The notes beneath the pieces were generated by a model that did not search any database, had not been told where the DNA came from, and saw nothing but the letters and a program-made list of their open reading frames with translations. From an uncultured Chlamydiaceae bacterium (GTDB lineage: Bacteria; Chlamydiota; Chlamydiia; Chlamydiales; Chlamydiaceae): a stretch of 64,000 nucleotides of DNA. Below are positions 61,526 through 64,000 of this stretch, piece by piece. The stretch spans positions 32,966 through 96,965 of the forward strand of contig CAUWIK010000004.1 of assembly GCA_963558895.1 (NCBI GenBank). The letters are read 5' to 3'. The position numbers and the translations under genes were made by a program. Numbering within the stretch: the stretch's first letter is position 1; the number at the start of each line of letters is the position of its first letter.

Positions 61526-62800
61526 ATGAATAAAAGGTTAACTGATGATGTAGCTGTAATTATTTTATGTGGAGGAGAAGGAAAACGTTTATCTCCTTTA
61601 ACAAAGAGTAGATGTAAACCAGCAGTATCTTTTGGGGGACGATATAAATTAGTAGATATACCCATTTCTCATGCATTAACTTCAGGATTGTCAGAGATTT
61701 TTATTATAGGTCAGTATTTAGCAAAATCTTTAAAACAACATGTCTTAAGAACTTATTCTAATAAATTTACAAATAGCATATTGCATTTTTTAGTTCCTGA
61801 AGAAGAGAAAGGAAAAATTATTTGGTATAAAGGAACAGCTGATGCTATTCGACAGAATTTAAAAAAATTTAGAAATTCTAAAGCAAGGTATTTTCTTATT
61901 TTATCAGGAGATCAATTATATAATATTAATTTTTCTCAAATGATTTATTATGCTAAGCAAAAACAAGCTGGGTTAGTAATAGCTTCTCAACCTATTTCAG
62001 AAAAAGATGCTTATAGAATGGGGGTCTTAAAAACTGATTCTAAAACTGATTTAATTTTAGATTTTTATGAAAAACCTCAAACACAGAATATATTGGATCA
62101 ATTTAAAGTATGTGATTCAATAGAAAAGCCTTTTTTAGGTTCTATGGGAATCTATTTATTTTGTAGGGAAATTTTATTTAATTTGCTTTTAGAAGATCTG
62201 AGAGAGGATTTTGGACAACATTTAATTCAAACTCAAATAAAAAAAGATAATGCTTTTTCTTATTTATATGATGGATATTGGGCAGATATAGGTACTATAG
62301 ATTCTTATTATCATGCAAATTTAGAACTTACAAAAAAACCTTTTCCAAAATCTCCAGGATTAAGTTGTCATAGGAATAGTAACATTATTTTTAATAAACA
62401 TCATCATCTTCCTGGAGCTATAATATCTAACTCTACTCTTAATCAATCTCTTTTATGTGAGGGAGTTGTTGTTGATTCTTGTAAGATAAATCGCAGTATA
62501 GTTGGAGTGCGTACCGTAGTTAGTAAAAATTCTGTTATTCAAGATTCAATTATATTAGGAAATGATTATTATGATTATGAATTAAATAATTCTAAATCTT
62601 CATATTATTTAGGTATTGGACCTGATTGTATTATCAATAAGACAATTGTTGATGAAAATGTAAGAATTGGATCTGGGGTCAGATTGGTTAATCAAAAGAA
62701 AATTCAGCATTTTGATTCTCCTGATGGATTATTTTCTGTACGAGATGGGATCATAATTGTTCCAAAAGGAACAATTATTCCAAATAATTATAGATTTTAA
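61526..62800 (+). CDS. glgC: glucose-1-phosphate adenylyltransferase
   Basis: 424 aa. ILCGGEGKRLSPLT, FGGRYKLVDIPISH, WYKGTADAI and a C-terminal beta-helix. Confidence 0.93.
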   Translation: MNKRLTDDVAVIILCGGEGKRLSPLTKSRCKPAVSFGGRYKLVDIPISHALTSGLSEIFIIGQYLAKSLKQHVLRTYSNKFTNSILHFLVPEEEKGKIIWYKGTADAIRQNLKKFRNSKARYFLILSGDQLYNINFSQMIYYAKQKQAGLVIASQPISEKDAYRMGVLKTDSKTDLILDFYEKPQTQNILDQFKVCDSIEKPFLGSMGIYLFCREILFNLLLEDLREDFGQHLIQTQIKKDNAFSYLYDGYWADIGTIDSYYHANLELTKKPFPKSPGLSCHRNSNIIFNKHHHLPGAIISNSTLNQSLLCEGVVVDSCKINRSIVGVRTVVSKNSVIQDSIILGNDYYDYELNNSKSSYYLGIGPDCIINKTIVDENVRIGSGVRLVNQKKIQHFDSPDGLFSVRDGIIIVPKGTIIPNNYRF

Positions 62801-62873
62801 TTATAATATTTACTAATTCTTTGTATCTTAACATTAAGAGATTTGTGTATTTTTGTTTTATAAGAGTTTTATA

Positions 62874-63611
62874 ATGATCAAGGCTATTGCAGATTTACAC
62901 TTGGCTTTAAGTGTTCCTGATAAGGATATGTCTATTTTTGGTTCTAATTGGAAAGACTACATGTTGCGATTAAGAGATAATTGGAAAAATTCTGTGTCAG
63001 AATCAGATTTAGTTTTGATTGCAGGGGATATTTCTTGGGCTATGAGATTGGAAGAGATGAGTTTGGATTTACAGTTTTTATCTGATTTGCCAGGAAAAAA
63101 AATTTTAATTAAAGGAAATCATGATTATTGGGCTTCAAAATCTGTTTCTAAAATTAGACAGTTTTTACCAAATAATTGTTTTTTTTTGGGGAATGATTAT
63201 TTTGTTTATGAAAATACAGTGATTGTTGGTGCTCGTTTATGGTCTTCTTCTTCAATTAAGATTTCTTCTTCGATTTTTCAAGATTCTTATAAAGAAAAGG
63301 AAGAAAAGTCTTTGATCGATGAAGAAAAAATTTTTATTAGAGAGAAAAATAAATTAAAATATTCTTTAGAACGTCTTCCTAAAAATATAGAAAATAAAAT
63401 AGTTATGACTCATTTCCCTCCTATAGGAACAAATTATGAAGAAAATGAGATAACTCAGTTGCTAGAGAATCATTGTGTAAGGCATTGTATTTTTGGTCAT
63501 TTACATAATGTAAGATCAGATATAAAGAAAAGTTTTTGTATTAGAGGAATTCATTATCATTTAGTTTCGGCTGACAGCATAAACTTTTCTCCTGTAAATA
63601 TTTGTGAATGA
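62874..63611 (+). CDS. calcineurin-like metallophosphoesterase
   Basis: IADLHL, GDISW, GNHDYW, THFPP and GHLH motifs. ATG at 62874 is preferred to the TTG at 62853. Confidence 0.82.
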   Translation: MIKAIADLHLALSVPDKDMSIFGSNWKDYMLRLRDNWKNSVSESDLVLIAGDISWAMRLEEMSLDLQFLSDLPGKKILIKGNHDYWASKSVSKIRQFLPNNCFFLGNDYFVYENTVIVGARLWSSSSIKISSSIFQDSYKEKEEKSLIDEEKIFIREKNKLKYSLERLPKNIENKIVMTHFPPIGTNYEENEITQLLENHCVRHCIFGHLHNVRSDIKKSFCIRGIHYHLVSADSINFSPVNICE

Positions 63612-63614
63612 GTT

Positions 63615-64000
63615 ATGAAAATTACATCTGGTAAGTTTAAAGGAAAAAAAATAAAAACATTGTTTGATCCAGAGTTAAGGCCCACAATGGAGTTAGTTCG
63701 AGCTACAGTTTTTAATATTTGTAGGCAAGATATAGAAAATGCAAACGTCTTAGATTTATTTGCAGGAACTGGAGCTATTGGGTTGGAAGCTTTAAGTCAG
63801 GGAGCTAGTCATATAACTTTTATTGATAAATCTCCGAAAGCAGTAAAATTAATTCGTGAAAATATAAAGATGTTTTCTATAGAAGAAAACACTAAAGTGT
63901 ATTGCCAAGCAGCAAAAAAGGCTTTGCTTATTTTAGGAAAAAATAAAAAGGTATTTGATTTAATCTATATAGATCCTCCATATCATCTTGTAAATGAAGA
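63615..64000 (+). CDS. rsmD: 16S rRNA (guanine966-N2)-methyltransferase RsmD (YhhF), 3' end beyond the window
   Basis: Hand-translated, not in the track: MKITSGKFKGKKIKT...RPTMELVRATVFNI...VLDLFAGTGAIGLEALSQGA...IYIDPPY. Confidence 0.85.
   Translation, partial: MKITSGKFKGKKIKTLFDPELRPTMELVRATVFNICRQDIENANVLDLFAGTGAIGLEALSQGASHITFIDKSPKAVKLIRENIKMFSIEENTKVYCQAAKKALLILGKNKKVFDLIYIDPPYHLVNE

Noticed and set aside
483-61665. Remaining short ORFs (60-95 aa) from the track that overlap larger genes
   Set aside because: Each is nested inside or antisense to a motif-supported gene, lacks any recognisable domain, and has low-complexity composition typical of non-coding frames in AT-rich DNA. Examples are 483-674, 1576-1788, 6478-6693, 6983-7186, 9034-9231, 10653-10940, 12514-12696, 13790-14029 and 16262-16510. 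Others are 17222-17570, 18242-18427, 18782-19036, 34958-35209, 37694-37894, 50243-50476, 52076-52306 and 61465-61665.
1-64000. Scan for CRISPR arrays, long tandem repeats, rRNA or other structured RNAs, and defence, toxin-antitoxin or phage genes
   Set aside because: By eye, nothing resembled regularly spaced repeats or these gene classes. Intergenic spacers are short and AT-rich. A computational repeat and covariance-model search would be needed to exclude small RNAs.

Overview
AT-rich, very gene-dense chromosomal segment (about 75 genes, many with overlapping or abutting stop and start codons, standard code 11) from a member of the Chlamydiota. I could not run searches or compute statistics; calls rest on reading the translated ORFs for family motifs and hand-folding RNAs. 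As far as I recall, the gene order is collinear with Chlamydia trachomatis CT548 down to CT487: LptE-like and TPR genes, dnaE, uhpC, hisS, aspS, mip, trmL, trxA, tsaE, dnaQ, thioesterase, lnt, lpxC-fabZ-lpxA, fmt and an ORF at the Cap1 position. It continues with the rplC-to-rplQ ribosomal, secY and rpoA block, then gapA, ruvCA, ndk, lplA, mnmG, dnaB, pgsA, an NTP transporter, sohB, polA, coaE, rho, glgC and rsmD. Three tRNAs are present: Leu-CAG, Leu-TAA and Ser-GCT. No CRISPR array, transposase, integrase or phage gene was seen. Four things break the housekeeping pattern. (1) A complete eight-gene de novo UMP pathway (carA, carB, pyrB, pyrI, pyrC, pyrD, pyrE, pyrF; about 9.7 kb) lies between rho and glgC. 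Classical Chlamydia have no pyrimidine biosynthesis there. (2) Within that block, pyrE and pyrF closely resemble the two domains of eukaryotic UMP synthase and lie in the same order, while pyrB/pyrI are typically prokaryotic. A 280-nt seam with an orphan antisense ORF separates the two halves. (3) The replicative helicase DnaB carries an in-frame 141-aa mini-intein at the classical DnaB insertion site. (4) A 29-codon, extremely basic ORF absent from the ORF track lies between dnaB and mnmG and looks like ribosomal protein bS22/mS38. A strong intrinsic terminator directly abuts the carA start codon and may act as a pyr attenuator. Everything else looks like ordinary core genome.
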